Positions 62,759 to 64,000 of a stretch of DNA of 64,000 nt are shown here, piece by piece (the first letter of the stretch is position 1; every line of letters starts with the position of its first letter). The DNA is from a virus (Duplodnaviria > Caudoviricetes), in the IMG/VR virus record IMGVR_UViG_2773857766_000004, positions 32,001 through 96,000 of that record. The stretch is one strand, 5' to 3'. The position numbers were made by a program, and so were the translations under genes. The notes below the pieces were generated by a model. The model was not told the DNA's origin, did not search any database, and saw only the letters and a program-made list of their open reading frames with translations.

Positions 62759-63540
62759 GGCTTGGTGCCCTGGAATGCGTCCACGCGCTGCTGAGCGACG
62801 GCCTTGAGCGCACGGGTCCGCCGGCGGTCCTGCCACGCTCGCACCTTGAGGAGGCGCTGGGCCCGGGGCATGCCGCGGGTCAGCAGCGCGCGCAGCGTCT
62901 GCAGCTTCGCCAGCGCCTCCGCCTTCGCCGGGCTGTCGGCCTGCACGTCGGGCGCTGGCAATGCGAGCGCGGCGCGTGGCGCCGGCAGGGCCAGCTGCTC
63001 GCGCACATCGTCGGGCAGTGTCTCCAGCCCCCCGGGCAGGCGGCCGGCGGCGATGGCTTCCTGCACGGCCCGGGTGCGCCCCTCGGCGTCGTAGCCCAGG
63101 CTGACCTGCAACTGCGGCCGCCTGCGCGTGGCCCGGGCCTCGCCGGTGATGCGTGCGTACGCCTCCATGAAAGCCTGCCGCGCGCCGAACTTGTCGCCCG
63201 CGGCGAGCAGCGGCGCGGCCAGCCCCCAGGCCTCCGCGATTTCGTTGTTCCATACCACCGTGGCGCGTTCGTCCTGGCTATTCATGGCCAGGGCGTAGGC
63301 CTCGGCGGGCAGTAGGCGGCCCAGGGCGTGGTCCGCGTACTGCAGCACCGTGCCTGTCAGGATCGCGCCCTTGTGCTCGGCCCGGATGCGGGCCAGGGCC
63401 ATCTGCAGCACCGGCTTGGGCAGGTGCGCCAGATCGTCCATCAGCAGGCTCAGCGCGGCGGGGCGAATGGCTTGGCCGGCCAGCTCCATGGTGGCGCCCA
63501 GCTCTTCGGCGAGCCAGTCGCGTGCGTCTTCGTCAAGCAT
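62755..63540 (-). CDS. Replication protein (helicase loader-like, downstream of the initiator)
   Basis: ATVVW..EIA.AW...GARQAF..AY.R...VSLG.D. Confidence 0.7.
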   Translation of the reverse strand: MLDEDARDWLAEELGATMELAGQAIRPAALSLLMDDLAHLPKPVLQMALARIRAEHKGAILTGTVLQYADHALGRLLPAEAYALAMNSQDERATVVWNNEIAEAWGLAAPLLAAGDKFGARQAFMEAYARITGEARATRRRPQLQVSLGYDAEGRTRAVQEAIAAGRLPGGLETLPDDVREQLALPAPRAALALPAPDVQADSPAKAEALAKLQTLRALLTRGMPRAQRLLKVRAWQDRRRTRALKAVAQQRVDAFQGTKP

Positions 63541-64000
63541 TGCAGCCCTCCCCGCTCTGAGCTGCGCGACGGGCGGCCCGCTCACGCGACAGGCGTTTCG
63601 CCTCCTCGATGGCGTCAGCGTTGGCGCTGGTCTTGTCGGCGGCCTGCGCAGCCGTGCCCGTCACCGCTTGGCCTCGAGCCCACTGCGTCCGATAGCCCTC
63701 GGCCTGGTTCACCAGCACCCCCACGCTGTGCGAGTTCTTCACCACGAACGCCTCGTTCACGCTGGCGACGTACCACGCGGCCACCAGCGGCGCTTCGTCG
63801 TGGCCGAGCCTCTTCACCAGCGTCTTGACGTTCGCGTTGACCGGGGCATTGCGCACCGGCTTCACGCCGTAGCGGTGCTCGTAGGCCTCGGTGTATGCCG
63901 CCCACGTGGTCCGGCATGCCGCCTGCAGCGCCGTTTCCTCCTCGCCGCCAGCCCCGGCCGAGCCCGCCTGCCGGGCAGGCGGGGATGGTTCATTGGTGGT
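63533..64000 (-). CDS. Replication initiator C-terminal part (5' end outside the window)
   Basis: Open from 64000: TW.AY..AY..RYGVKPVRNA.VN...LG..EAP.VA.WYV. Confidence 0.75.
   Translation of the reverse strand, partial: TTNEPSPPARQAGSAGAGGEEETALQAACRTTWAAYTEAYEHRYGVKPVRNAPVNANVKTLVKRLGHDEAPLVAAWYVASVNEAFVVKNSHSVGVLVNQAEGYRTQWARGQAVTGTAAQAADKTSANADAIEEAKRLSRERAARRAAQSGEGCNA

Larger units (their letters stand above)
17714..64000. mobile_element. Prophage B (podovirus, F116/933W-like late module), integrated at tRNA-Val; continues right of the window
   Basis: att duplication, lysis, tail, capsid, portal, terminase and replication genes, nearly all on the minus strand. Confidence 0.93.

Overview
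GC-rich betaproteobacterial DNA (Comamonadaceae, Acidovorax-like judging by ppiD and codon style; inference). It holds parts of two temperate phages in the same orientation, flanking a 2.1 kb host island (intact tRNA-His plus ppiD). Prophage A (1-15596) contributes the cI repressor, immunity-region morons, a pL-type early operon (SNF2-MTase fusion, DUF2303, C5 MTase, DUF4224) and a tyrosine integrase abutting the 3' end of tRNA-His. Prophage B (17714 to beyond 64000) starts at a 47-nt 3' tRNA-Val(TAC) att duplication with an IHF site and carries a podovirus late region of the F116/933W type: lysis cassette, tail and ejection genes, a 2857-aa PLxRFG polyvalent protein, N4-gp56-type capsid, portal, terminase and replication genes. 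Main findings from reading the sequence: (i) six copies of a late-promoter-like motif GYATAGGG-N24-RAnnnT, four apparently leaderless; (ii) three structured intergenic RNA-like repeats with CUCCUCCC anti-SD-like loops; (iii) a LAGLIDADG intein in the giant virion protein; (iv) a secreted moron whose C-terminus carries the PFxGxLD motif repeated at the N-terminus of the giant protein; (v) duplicated gene-end scars bracketing an ~11 kb swapped tail block; (vi) a Gp49-family fusion that may be an anti-defence nucleotide sponge; (vii) a P22 immI-like mnt-arc-ant switch with three operators; (viii) two unannotated Pro-rich micropeptides. Family names come from motif recognition, not from database searches.
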